Positions 12,801-25,400 of a DNA stretch of 64,000 bases are shown here, one piece after another. Each line of letters starts with the position of its first letter. Position 1 is the first letter of the stretch. Position numbers and translations under genes: made by a program. Below the pieces are notes generated by a model. That model was not told the origin of the DNA. It searched no databases and was given only the letters and a program-made list of their open reading frames with translations. This DNA comes from Eledone cirrhosa (taxonomy: Eukaryota), in NCBI GenBank assembly GCA_964016885.1, contig OZ024742.1, positions 323,826,001 through 323,890,000 of the forward strand, written 5' to 3'.

Positions 12801-13443
12801 AAGGTATCATGCAGTGAGAGATAACCTGAAACCATATGGTTGCGAACTGATATCCTTAACCACATAGCTATGACTGCACCTATCTGGTTTAATGCCATTC
12901 TTATACCAAACCCTGCTGTTCCATGACACAATATTGAAATAAAAAAAAGAGCAGCATCTGCAGAATGCCAGATACATAGTTTATGTTCAAAATTCAAATT
13001 TTGCTATGAGCCATGCAACTTTGCCTTTCATCCTTCTGAAGTTACTCTAATGGATTGTATCCTTGGGCTAATGTTTCCGAAAGTGGTAAGGGACTGGGTT
13101 TAATATATTACAAGTATTACTATTTCTAGAGTGTTTATTTGCTTATGTGTTCTATTATTTATAATAATAATAATGAAATTATTGTGTACAGTACTCAGTA
13201 AATTGCAGAGATCAGCAAACTACTTCAATAATACAAGTCCAGACAGTTATGACTTTGTCCTCCGTTCTTATGGAGTTGATAAAATAGTTATGGGATCAAG
13301 TCCATGTAATAACCATACAATTCAAAACTGGCACTGTAACACCAGTGAAAAGAAATCAAGGAAAGTAACTTCCTGGTAAACTTTCTCAACTCAACTCAAA
13401 ACTATTCTTCTTTTGCTACTAGATGATCAGAAACATCTGATTA

Positions 13444-14340
13444 CACTGTGTAACATATTTTTTGTTCCCCGGTTCTAAGTGTCATATCCTGGTTTGTTAT
13501 ATCCCATTATTATAAAAAAAAACACTATTATTTAATCAGAAGTTTGGGTTTGTGGTCAGGAGTTTGATATTTCGAAATTTTCATATTTTTCAAGAAAAAA
13601 CACATTTTTTAAAAATTCATCAGTTCATATAATTAAATCAACAGAGTATATATTTATTTTATTACACAGGCTTATCAAAATCAAACAAGTAAAAACAAAT
13701 AACACTTATAAAGCAACTTATACACGTCAGAAATGACTGGATTTGTGGTTGTAGTCCAGGTCACATTCTCGCACGAGCCCCCAGATATTTTTTCATTGTA
13801 GTGGCCCTGTTACCTCCGCTCTATCTCTTTCACATCTTGGTAGAATCGTTTGCCTTGTTCTTCTGAGTAGGCACCCATATTGTCCTTGAATTTTTCAAGG
13901 TGAGCGTCCAGCATATGGAGTTTAAGCGACATCCTGCATCCCATGGTGCCAAAAGCCAGATCCTGCACCAGTTGCTGGTAGTTTTCAGCTCTGTAGTTGC
14001 CCAGAAAGCCCTTAACAACTGCCTTGAAACAGTTCCATGCTGTTCTCTCAATCCTATTGAGCTTATTGGAGAACTCGGTAGACTGAAACACCTTCTTTAT
14101 CTGAGGTCCAACAAAAATTCCACCTTTGATTTTGGCCTCAGATAACTTGGGGAAGAACTCAAGAAGGTACTTAAAAGCGGCTGATTCTTGGTTGAGAGCC
14201 TTCACAAACTGCTTCATCAACCCCAACTTAATATGCAGTGGCGGCATGATCACAATCCTGTGATCAACCAGTGGCTCCCACATGACGTTCCGGGTCTCAA
14301 CTACAAATTCTGTTCGCTCCCAGTTCTTTCACTCCATATT
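13444..14340 (-). mobile_element. DNA transposon 3' fragment, probably CMC/Chapaev3-like transposase
   Basis: ORF 13810-14283 with PPLHIKLGLMKQFVK, KLSEAKIKGGIFVGPQI, GCRMSLKLHML, SEEQGKRFYQD; CACTGTGTAACA terminus at 13444. Superfamily assignment from memory. Confidence 0.7.
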
Positions 14341-14668
14341 GAAATATATTCAATCAAATAAAACATAGCTGTATAAGTGCTGGACTAATTGAAAATAGTA
14401 TTATTCATTGATATGTAACCCCCTATTAATTCCAAGAATAAAATAGAAGTTTCAATGTTCATTCCATTCATAATTAATGCCATAGCTTTTTTTTTAACTT
14501 GAGAAATGAATGGTTGGTTGGCTGTTTGTTTGGTTAAAAACAATAATTTTTATGTATGTGTGTATGTAACATGTGGTGCAGTAAATAAATATATAAATGA
14601 ATGGTAATGAAATGGCTAAGCCTTTCCATTACCATATGAAATGTACTGCTTATGTGTTTCAATTAATT

Positions 14669-16697
14669 TATAGCGAAGATACTGGGTTGTATGAATGTAA
14701 CAAGGCAATTTAGCGTAGATACTGGCGGTGTATGAATGTAACAAGGAGACATGGTTTGTGTGTATAGTGTTTAATTAACAATCATGGATATATATAGAAC
14801 AGTATAGTTGACATGTCAAAGTAATAGATGATAGAATGAAGCAAAGTTAGTAGTTACCGTTTTGATTGCCAGGCAAACGCGAGACGCCTGGCGAAGGCCA
14901 GGCGCCGGAAGGGCAAAAGAGAGGGAGAGAGCCGAAGGCTATTCGTTTTATAGGGCTCTGCCGGAAGTTACAGAAAGGGTTCTACTTCCCGTCTAGATGT
15001 TAATCTATTGGGGTTGTGAGTCACAACAAGGGAGACAACCGCTACATAACCTCCCGCCAGAATTTTAGAATATAAAAATCGCATGAAATATGTAGCAAGT
15101 TGGCGAGAATGTTGTAACAGGCATGAAAATTAAGACAAAAGAATGTTTGCAAAAATCAATGATAGATATCAAGGTAGCCAACCGCTCTTGGCCAGAGAAC
15201 GACTGGACATCTATCTATCCATCACCCAAAGATACAATGTAATAAAGTAAGAGAAGAGCTCAAAGTTCAAATGTACAAAATATAGTTCACAGGTGAGCAA
15301 TCACATGACAGCAGGAAAGAAAGTGTGTTCCAGAGAATGAATGCAGGTGGTTTCTGTTCTGTGGTATATCGTGAAATTTCCAACCTCCGAATGGATTTTC
15401 TCACAGGAAGAGTGCTGCAAAAATAAATTCTCTGGCTTGTTCTGCTGGTTTTGGTTGTTGGTGAAGCTGTGTTGCTGTGGATGTTGTCTCGCGGAGTGAG
15501 CGTATTCGGTGTTTAAATTCACAGTAAAAAAAAAATTTTTCAGAAAAAATGAGTTGCGCAAAGTGCTAGAAATAACAGCCGAAGTTGATGGTCGATGTTG
15601 AGAATGCGTTGACCTGGAAGGGTCAAGAGGCCAGCGACCAAAGAAATAAGCATTCTGAATAAATGCGCAGTTTTCAACGGCAAATTTACGTGGTAAATTT
15701 TTAAACCGGCAAATAGGAGAATATAGCTTAAGGCTGAAGAATCCTTGGCGAGAAACGTTATCTCTGGCGTGCGGCTATCTCTGTGAGTCGAGAATATCTC
15801 CGTGAGTTGAGAATTTGTGCTGCCTACACGTGCCAATACACGGATAAGTTAGGTTGAAAAAATAATATTTCTAACGCGCGAGAAAATGATAGTGCAAGTG
15901 TGAAAGTGACAATGATGAAAAGGCTTCACTTAGCATAATTATTGGTGTGAACTTTGAAAAAAAAAACTTGAACGATGAAGAAAACGATGAAAAAAAAAAA
16001 AAAGGCAAGGGTTCATCGAAAATAAATTTTCTTGTTGAAATGTTTTTTAAAAAATATCAAATATCTTGTTTTTTTTTTTTTTTTTTTTTGTTTTGAAAGT
16101 GTTCGTTGTAAGAAACGAGAAACATATATATATCGTGAAATGCGACAGTTAGTTGATGCGTGAGAGAAAAAGTCTGTCTGAACGCGAATTTCACATGTGC
16201 GTGTGTGCGTTTCTTTGAGTATTTTCATAGTTTGTCGATAAATTTGCTGTGTATTCGTAATGTTACTCACACAACACCAGAATCTGTTATTTTTTTCTTT
16301 TTTTGGGGTGACCACTTATAGCGATGAACGGCTGCGTGTTCGTATCACGTCAGGGTTACCAATATAGCGAAGATACTGGGTTGTATGAATGTAACACGGA
16401 GACATGGTTTGTGTATAATATTTAATTAACAATCATGGATATAGATAGAACAGTATAGTTGACATGTCAAAGTAATAGATGATAGAATGAAGCAAAGTTA
16501 GTAGTTACCGTTTTGATTGCCAGGCAAACGCGAGACGCCTGGCGAAGGCCAGGCGCCGGAAGGGCAAAAGAGAGGGAGAGAGCCGAAGGCTATTCGTTTT
16601 ATAGGGCTCTGCCGGAAGTTACAGAAAGGGTTCTACTTCCCGTCTAGATGTTAATCTATTGGGGTTGTGAGTCACAACAAGGGAGACAACCGCTACA
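14669..16697 (-). mobile_element. Non-autonomous LTR retroelement; 5' LTR 16363-16697, 3' LTR 14669-15046, tRNA-Trp PBS
   Basis: About 335-bp near-identical direct repeats TGTAGCG...CGCTATA, AATT TSD, PBS TGGTAACCCTGACGTGAT (16361-16344), PPT-like GGCGGGAGG before the 3' LTR; 1.3-kb interior with no recognisable pol. Confidence 0.85.
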
Positions 16698-16821
16698 AAT
16701 TTTTTAAATGAAAAAATTAGAGGAATTAAATAAACTAACATTCTCATTAATAAGCTGATGTTTGAAACATTATTTAACACATGTTTCTTAAATAAAATTA
16801 TGATGGAAGGGTTTAATATAA

Positions 16822-17476
16822 GTATAAACGAACTAAGGAAAAAATTAGAGATAAGAGGGATCAGATGTTGTTTACTCGAGAGAAGGCTACGTTGGTATGG
16901 ACACGTGATGCGCATGAAAGTCGATAGCTGTATAACAAAGTGCAGGGCAATAAAGATAGACGGTAGTCACGGAATAGGCAGACCTAGAAAAACCTGGGAC
17001 GAGCTGATAAACTCCGACATCACACACTTACACCTCTCCAAGACAATGTCACTGGACCGAGACCTTTGGCGGTACTCAGTAACAGAGAAGACCCGCCTTA
17101 CCTAAATATATAGTAAAACCTACTCCAGCCAGTAGGCATCTCTAACAAAATACACCCCGTCCCACCACCCCCACCCCATCCACACCACCCCGTTCTATGT
17201 AAAGTTATGTTGGTGCCGCGCCATCCAGGCCGAAACAAATGAGATCGTGTAGGTGTCACGACAAAAAACACACAGTCCACGCTGTAAATGTGGCCGTGTA
17301 GGCAACACGGTAAAAACCTCCCAGACCCACACTGTAAATGTGGTTGGTGTTAGGAAGGGCATCCAACTGTAGAAAACCTGCCAGACAGTCCTATGCGAGC
17401 AAGACAATCACTCTTGCCTCAAGTGGGACTACCCCCGTCCAAACCCATGCAAGCGTGGAACACGGACGTTAAACGT

Positions 17477-17507
<31 letters not shown>
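16822..17507 (+). mobile_element. 5'-truncated RTE LINE (copy A); related copy B at 27211-28051 and 37756-38590
   Basis: RRLRWYGHVMRM...GRPRKTW C-terminus, family 3' UTR, (GAT)n tail. Confidence 0.9.
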
Positions 17508-17510
<3 letters not shown>

Positions 17511-17719
17511 CGTTTTAAAGTGGACAGTTTTATATCCTAAAACCAGGACAGATTCAAGCAGTTTATTATCAAATGTGTTGCATATATCAAGATTTGCAAG
17601 AGTCAGAATTTATAATTGAACAAGCTGGAATTAAAAGTGATATTATACTAGTAGAAATATTAGTAATAATAGTAGAAATCATTATTATATTGATATATAT
17701 ATAATTTTTCAAACCTTAC

Positions 17720-17815
17720 TTTTTCTTTTGAAGCTTCCTCTATTTTTAATTTTTCCACAATTTGCATTTGATTTTGGATTGCCTGTTCAATTTCTGCATC
17801 CACTTGTTCTGCCAT
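17720..17815 (-). CDS. HARS: Divergent duplicate of HARS exon 1 (acidic WHEP helix-1 variant)
   Basis: caccATG, 96 nt open, MAEQVDAEIEQAIQNQMQIVEKLKIEEASKEK|GTAAGGTTTGA. Same donor context and phase 0 as 9790-9698. Confidence 0.65.
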
Positions 17816-17933
17816 GGTGTTTATTTGATATTAACTCTTGAGAAATATTTGAGAACAGAGCAGGATTGTGCTTTTAAATGATGCAATATTGACAGCGGCA
17901 AAGGTCTGTGTGGAAGTGCAGAAGTTTTAGAGC

Positions 17934-17967
17934 AACTAATGAAAAGGCTTTAATATCTAGTCATATA
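17934..17967 (-). promoter_or_regulatory. TATA-like/Inr-like core promoter candidate for the acidic exon (paralogue at 18568-18603)
   Basis: TATATGA at -30 to TTAGTT; in the paralogue TATATAA at -32 to TCAGTT. Confidence 0.35.
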
Positions 17968-18428
17968 TGCACTTATGTCAAGTTTTACTCCTCCCAGAAC
18001 AATAGAGAAAAGGGGGAGGAGGCTTACAAACCAAAGCCAGCTAGCTATACCACTCCCATTAAATTGTTTTTTTTATATACAGTTGTTTAAAGTAATATTC
18101 CCAATATATTGTGGTTTTTCTGACAGTATGAGTGACCAACTAGGCTAAATAATCATTCTCATTCACAATACATTTTTATATCAATAATTGTTTCTACTTT
18201 AGGCACAAGGACAGCAATTACCCAGTACATTACTGGTACTTTATTTTATCGACCCCGTAAGGATGAAAGGCAAAGTTAACCTCGGCGGGATTTGAACTCA
18301 GACTGTAAAGGGACGTAACTATGCTAGAAAGCATGGCGTCCAACCCTCTACCGATACTGCCAATTCACCGCCCATTTTTATATCAATAATGCAATGCTGG
18401 AGTATTGTAGAGTAACTGTTAACATCAG

Positions 18429-18464
18429 TCACTCTTCGTCCGTGGCATTCACTTTCTCTGACAT
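18429..18464 (-). pseudogene. Truncated third exon-1 paralogue (MSEKVNATDEE*); duplicate at 28973-29008
   Basis: aataaacaccATG context and about 150 nt upstream are homologous to 17816-17970. The peptide aligns with MAEQVDAEIEQ, then TGA; no phase-0 donor. Confidence 0.55.
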
Positions 18465-19325
18465 GGTGTTTATTTCATTGTAAGTTGTGGGTGATTTCTA
18501 AGCAACAGACCATTGTCGTGTTGAATGATGCAATATTTGCTGTGAAGAAGGGCAACATTTCTAGGGCAACTGATAAAATGCCTTTTTAGTATTTAGTTAT
18601 ATATCCAGTTACATTGAGTTGAAATTCCACTGTTGTTAATTGCCTTCTACCTTCAATTATTCTAAGATCTAGAACACAAGTTCAAACACTTCATAAGTGA
18701 TGACCTTATACAAATGTTAGTTGTCAATATTGGGGTAGACAAAAAAAGGTAGTTTATAGTAAAGCACTGGATTAAATTGATTGATTACAGTGTTTGGCCA
18801 TTCTATATTACATGCCAGGTATTACTTTCCATTTATTTTGTTCTAGTGTTGATAATATTATAAGTACCAGTAATTATATGGTATTGAGTCAAAATAAAAT
18901 CCCATAATTCCAAAATTAACTTTATGACTACTTGTTAAATTCAAGCAGGTAGATTTATAAGAAAATTATCTTTGTAACCTTTGAAAAATGACCAAATCTA
19001 TAGAAATTCATATTTCCTTGTATATACAAAATGTAGAAATTTTGCATCTAGTATACAGAAACCAATATTTCATAGGTAAATATACAAAGTATGCTAGTAA
19101 TATGTATGTATGTATGCATGGACCCGTAACTCCTGGTGAAATTGTAGGGGTACCATAGTAGTGACATATGTCATTTCTTTGGCATTTTAAACATAGCAGA
19201 GCCCATCCCTTTCCATGTCTGAATACAGCAAATTTATTCTGGAGAGAGAGGGGGTGGGGTGGGGGGAGGGGGTTAAGAAAGATATAGAGGAAGAATTTTC
19301 CCCCAGCACTGGACTGGTACTTTAT

Positions 19326-21047
19326 AATAATAATAATAATAATAATAATGAAATATTGTGTACAGTGCTCAGATGCACTACAACTCATCAAAAAGTGTAT
19401 GTATAGTACATAGGGTAATGTACAAACATCAGGAAAATGAACAGTGCATGAGTCATGATACACATGTGTGCATGTGTATGGAAGGGGTACATCAGGTGTA
19501 GTTTTGGCGTATTTCGGGAAGCATGAGTGTCTTAAAGGATGCAGTGTCTCGGCAGCTAACAACTGACGCAGGCAGTTTGTTCCATGCTTCAGCAACTCTG
19601 AGCGTGAAAAAATGTCTACGAAAGTCATGGGAGCTGTGTTGTTTTCTGATTTTGTAGGCATGTCCATGTGTGTTAGACACACGGAGATCAAAAAGGTGCT
19701 CAGGGTTGCAATTGGCGAGATGTCCATTGCCAGACGTCGGAGCTTCAATGAATCCATGCCCAGGGAAGCAAGGCGTTCAGAGTATGGTAGGTGTCTGATG
19801 GAGGGTATGCGCTTGGTTGCACGTCTCTGAACAGTTTCCAGGAGATCAATGTTCTGAGCAAGATAGGGTTTCCAGACTGATGATGCGAATTCCAAGTGTG
19901 GTCGTACCATAGCTGTATACAGTTTTAAATAGATGGCTGGAGAGCGGCTAACAAAGGTCTTGCTGAGTGATGCCAAGACACCCTCGGCCTTCTTGACAAT
20001 CTTAGAGACATGCTTTGTCCAACGCAAATCGCTGCTGACAGTAATGCCCAGGTCACGTTCACAAGAGGACTTCTTGATATCAGTGTTGTGGAGGGAGTAT
20101 GTGGATGCTGGATTTTTCCTCCCAAAATGCATGGTGGTACACTTGTCCACAGCCAGCTTCAGTTGCCAGTCTGTGATCCATTGCTGCATTGTGTCCAGGT
20201 CTGATTGTAGGAAAGAGTTGTAGATTTCAGGATCAGTCCTTTTGATTTCAAGGTACAGCTTGATGTCATCTGCATATTTCAGTACCGTGGCATTCTGTAA
20301 GTTGGCATCTATGTCATTAATATATGCCACAAACAAAAGGGGACCAAGAACTGATTCCTGTGGTACACCAGATGACATCTCATATGGTGAAGAATGCTGT
20401 CCTAGAACCCTGACTACCTCTTTTTGGCTGAGAATGAAGGATTTCAACCAGTCGAAAAGATCATCCCTCACACCCATTGCAGAGAGTTTTGCCATAAGTC
20501 TTTTGTGTGGCACAGAATTAAAAGCCTTAGCAAAGTCAAGGTAAACAACATCCACCCATGAGCCGCTGTCAGTGATCCGGGTGATGTCTTCAAGGAACTC
20601 GATAAGCTGATCACAGCAGCTGGAGTTAGGGATAAATCCAAACTGTGAGGGCCGGATGAGGCTGTGAGAGCTCCAGAAGTTCCAAAGTGTTTCTCTGACA
20701 CAGGATTCCATCAGTTTGGCCATACAGCTAGTAAGACTGACTGGACGATAGTTGACAGGTGACGTGCGGTTGCCCTTTTTGAACAGTGGAATGACACTGG
20801 CAGTTTTCCACTGCTCCGGAGTAGCACCATTGTTGAGACAGTATTGAAAGAAGAAAGAAAGCTGGCGCAAAAGGAAATACCCGCTACGTTTGAGAAGCAG
20901 GTATGTAACACCATCAAGACCAGGGGAGGCATAGTTACGCTTATTCTTAAGGTGACGTCGCAACATTGCAGGTGAAAATTCCATAGTTGTTATGGAATTT
21001 GATGTTAGAGATGGTGGAGATGGTACATTCTGGTTTTCAACTGCAAA
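19326..21047 (-). mobile_element. 5'-truncated CR1/L2-group LINE RT; duplicate at 29870-31591
   Basis: PGLDG, PLFKKG, YRPVSLTS, QFGF, YLDFAKAF, GVPQESVLGPLLF, YADD, RPHLEF; (TAT)n tail; frame disruption near the C-terminus. Confidence 0.92.
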
Positions 21048-22419
21048 GTACTCTATCCAACATACTAACAGCTCTGCCAATTCACTGCCTCACTATTTAT
21101 ATACTTCTACATTATATTTGTAATTAAAATACAACAATCTAGTTTCTATTATTTTATAAGACAACAAGGGCAGTGGACTGGCAGTATCGGTAGAGGGTTG
21201 GACGCCATGCTTTGCAGCATAGAGTTACGGCCCTTTACGGTCTGAATTCAAATCCCACTGAGGTTCACTTTGCCTTTCATCCTTATGGGGTTGATGAAAT
21301 AAAGCACCAGTAATACACTGGGATAATTGCTGGCCTTGTGCCAAAAGTAGAAAATTATTTTAAAAGACAAAACACTACATTATTTAGGATCATCATAATC
21401 ATCATTTCACTTTTATTTTTCATGCTTGTATGGGTTAGATGGGCTGTCAACTACTGATGCCAGATTGGTCACGTGACTATATCCTTACGTTCTGTCTTTG
21501 GTTTGATTTCTATGGTTGGATGCCATTCCTAACACCAGCCACTTTACAGTGTGTACTGGGAGCATTTTATCATGACACCAGCACAACTATTTTACAGAGT
21601 GGGCTGAGTGCATTTTATCATAGCACCAGCACTATCTCATTACAACAATAGAGTACTCAATGTAGTATTGGTCAGGCAAAAATAAGAAATGGGTTCTGTT
21701 ATGCAGTTTATTCTTATCAAAGATTTTAGTACATGAAAGACGACAGCTGTATAAAAAAGTGCAGGGCGATTAGACGGAAGCTATGGAGTAGGAAACCCAG
21801 AAAAACCTGGGACGATTTGATAAATTCTGACCTTACACACTTAACCTCTCCAAGACAATGTCACTGGACCGAGATCTTTGGCGCTACACAGTAATACAGA
21901 AGACCCGTCTTGCCTAAGTACAGTCAGTAGGCACCTCTTAACCAAAAATGACTTAAGTGGGTATACCTCTTCCCTGAATTTGAGGCCTAATGGACATATC
22001 CAAAAAGAAACTTTTAACAATCTACACTATACACTTTGATGAAATAGATTCAGAAATTATGGTTATATAAATCAACTCTAGTCATGAATATGTTGCTATC
22101 CCTATAAACATCAGAAAAAGGATTACATTTGACATCCATATCTTTTTATAATAGAATCACACCTTGGGAGGGAGGGAGGGGTAAATATATGTTATACGAA
22201 TTTGTTAACTCTATTGTGACTGTATTTCTAATTCTTCTTCTGAAAAAAAAAAAAAATTATGCTTGTAAGGGCAGCAAAATTTAGCTCGTTCAGAGTGCCA
22301 GCAACCCTAGGTTTTGTTCTGTCCTTGAATTTCATCCTTCTAAAATCAATATCATGAGTATCATCTAGTACTGGGACCGATTCCTAACACTGTGCCAATG
22401 TTAGGAATTGAATTTGCAT

Positions 22420-25400
22420 TTAACCCTTTCATTACTGTAGCCGGAGGCATTCGGACTTACCTTGCATCTCTCTGGTCCACGTGGGAGTACTTTCCGCTTG
22501 CGTCTGTCTTCGCACGTCCGTAACCTTCGAGGGTGTACGGCTAAGAGGCCCCTGTTGACCGCCTGGTCCCTCGAGTCGCCCCCGTCCTCCTGCTTCTAGG
22601 TCAGGTATCCCCCAACTTCCGGCAATTCTCCCTCCCATGGCCGCTCTACACCCCCTTCCATCTTGCAGCAGCCCCACATGCCCCCCCCCCCTGATCCCAA
22701 GGATCAACCCCCACCACCACCACACTGCTCCATCCACCTAGGTTGGCGGCGGCTCCGTTGCGATCTCCGCACTGTCAGGGCGGCACTTTCCTCTTCCTCG
22801 GAGTCCGTCAGCACAACGACTCTACGGATGCCCAAGACATGACGTGGCATTCTGTCCACAGACATGTTGTTTTGGGAATTTATGGCGGTTACCATTCCCT
22901 TTCCCCATTGAGATGTGCAATGTGTGTTCGGGGGCTTGACCCATACCTCCTCGCCTACTTGTATGAATGCGCTCTCTCTCTCCACCGGCTGCTGTGGTAC
23001 CAAGCGCGGGTGTCGCCATTCATATCTGTATATTGCCCTGTCCCACCCACGGAGACATGTTGTACCAGAACACTGCCTCCTTTGGGGAAATGTGCCCCCT
23101 TTCCGCCATGGCCTTGATCGTGCGATGGTGTCTCTCCACGATCCCATTTCCACTCGGCCTGTATGCCGCTCTGAAGAAACGGTTCACCTTCCACTTGTCA
23201 AGCATTTCCCTCAGTGCCTCCGAGCGAAACACCGTTGTCCATCAGCAGTTCATCCACAGGGCCCCGCTCCAAGAATATGTCTCTCAGCGTCCGCACGATT
23301 TCCTCAGCAGTCCCTGTCTTCCTTTCCCTCCATATCGCCATCCACCCCTGGCCCACAATCGACTATCGAAAGATACATTCCTTGTCGGTAGTGTGTCATG
23401 TCCTCTGCTAATCGCTTCCAGCTGTGCTCCACCGGGATGCTTCCTGTCTCGTGCACATCCGGGGCAGGGTTGATAGACTGGCATCTGTCGCAACCTCCGA
23501 CCACTCTCTGGACACTGTCTGCTAACATCAGAGTCGATTCTTCTGGCTAGGAACAGGGTCCTATCCACCCCATGTGGTGCATGGCGTGCAGTCCCCTCAA
23601 CTCCGAATCACTCAGCCGACACACTGCCGCTATCCCCTTCTCTGCGTCCCCTGGCGTTTCTAGCCAGGCTTTCTTCACCCTGGTTAATACGGCTACCCTG
23701 TTTTTCTCTGAGGGCACAAAAACCACACTCAACTCCAGGCCGAACTCAGTGGACAGCTGTCCCAGAGTTTCCAGGCAGCGCTTTATCAACATTTCTGCTG
23801 CAACTCTTGTTCACACCCTCCTCTCACTGGTAAGCACTGATCTCACCCATCCGAGTACAGTGGCTGAGTCAGTGCGAATTTCTATGGTGCGCAGCCCCCA
23901 TCTCAGGGCGAGATTCACCCCTCTCAGCACAGCATCCAGTTCAGTCACGTTGATGTGGTTGTAGTCCTCCTTCTACCTGAGCCAGGCTGCGTCCTCAACC
24001 TCAACGCCCCCTATCTCCAGAGTGACCCCTAGTGCTATGCTGCTGGCATCACACCATACGGTCCCAATTTGGGGACGTACCAGCATCCTCTCACTGGGTC
24101 ATCCGCTTTTACTCTCTCCACGATTTCCTACATCATGGCCACTGTCCTCTCTCCAACCCTGTCAGCCCAGCTCACTCCATCTGCTCGTCTCTTGACATAG
24201 CTGCATGCCGTCCGGAGCCACCCTGCAATCGGATAGTGGCCCACCAATTTACCACACATTGAGAAGAGTTCCCGTCTATTCATATCGGGGCCCAGTTCCG
24301 GGACTTCATTACCCCTCCGAAACACGAGTGTGCCCGTCTTATCCCTTTGCAACCTCAGTCCTAGCGCGGTTCCTCCTTCCAGCGCCTCCGGCGGTTTCGT
24401 GGTCAGCCCGAACCTTCCCAAGTGGCCTGAGACTTCTGCTGCTGACACCACCGTCCCATCCACCAAGATGTTGTCGATGTAGGAGTTGGTGGGTCCCTTC
24501 ACCTTGTCCGCTTTCCCCAGAATGACCTTGAGGGCCGTCGCCATGATTTTTGGCGCAGAGTTCAACCCGAAGCCAAGCCTGGTCAGGCAGTATGTCTGGC
24601 CCTTATACCTGACCAGCTGATATTTCCACAGTTTCTCATGCACGTGTAACTGCAGATATGCCAACAGTCAACAATCGGGGAGGCCCCCGTCATTCGTCTC
24701 CACTCTCGCAAAGTTTCTCCGCAAACATCTGTGACCTCACCACCTGTGTGGCATGACATGTGTTCGCTCAGCTGACGAAAGTCCAGCACCGGCCTAACCT
24801 TGTCCTTCATGGGCTGCACACTCCACACTTCACCTCCTCCTTCTAAGGAAGCAGTATACCCTCCTCGATCCATCTCTGTACCTCTCCCTCAAACTCGCTT
24901 CTGGCAATTCCTTTCAGGGTGTGCTGATAGCAGCCCACTCTGTTTTTCAGCGTTGGTGGCTCTCCCTTCCAGTACCACTCAACTACCCACCGCTGCCCAT
25001 CGAACACCGCCCTGAAATCCTTGTCCTGTATGGTATTTTCTTCATGGATCGCCCTGTTCTTCGTGGATTCTCCCAGCTCGCTCACAGCACATGATGTCCT
25101 CTCGCTACCAAACGTCACCCCGACTTCAGTCACTGTAACACCTCCAAGGCAGCCAATCGTGTCTATGCCCATTACTACATCGTTCCATCCACCGCCTGGT
25201 CAATCACAATCGCCCAAAACCTAATTTTTCTTCTCTGTACCACCATCGACATCTTGCTGGTACCTCAGCATCTAACCTCCCTGTCGTTGACTGCCCTTAT
25301 ACTGCTCATCCTGCTCCACTTTTTAACCACCTCCGTGGTCACTAGTGTTGTCGTGCAACCCGTGTCCACGAGTGCTCGCGATGGCTTCCCTTCCACCAAA

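Noticed and set aside
19008-19700. C-terminal ~230 aa of the 690-aa ORF as a novel domain
   Set aside because: Out-of-frame read-through of the LINE end, (TAT)n tail and flank after a deletion.
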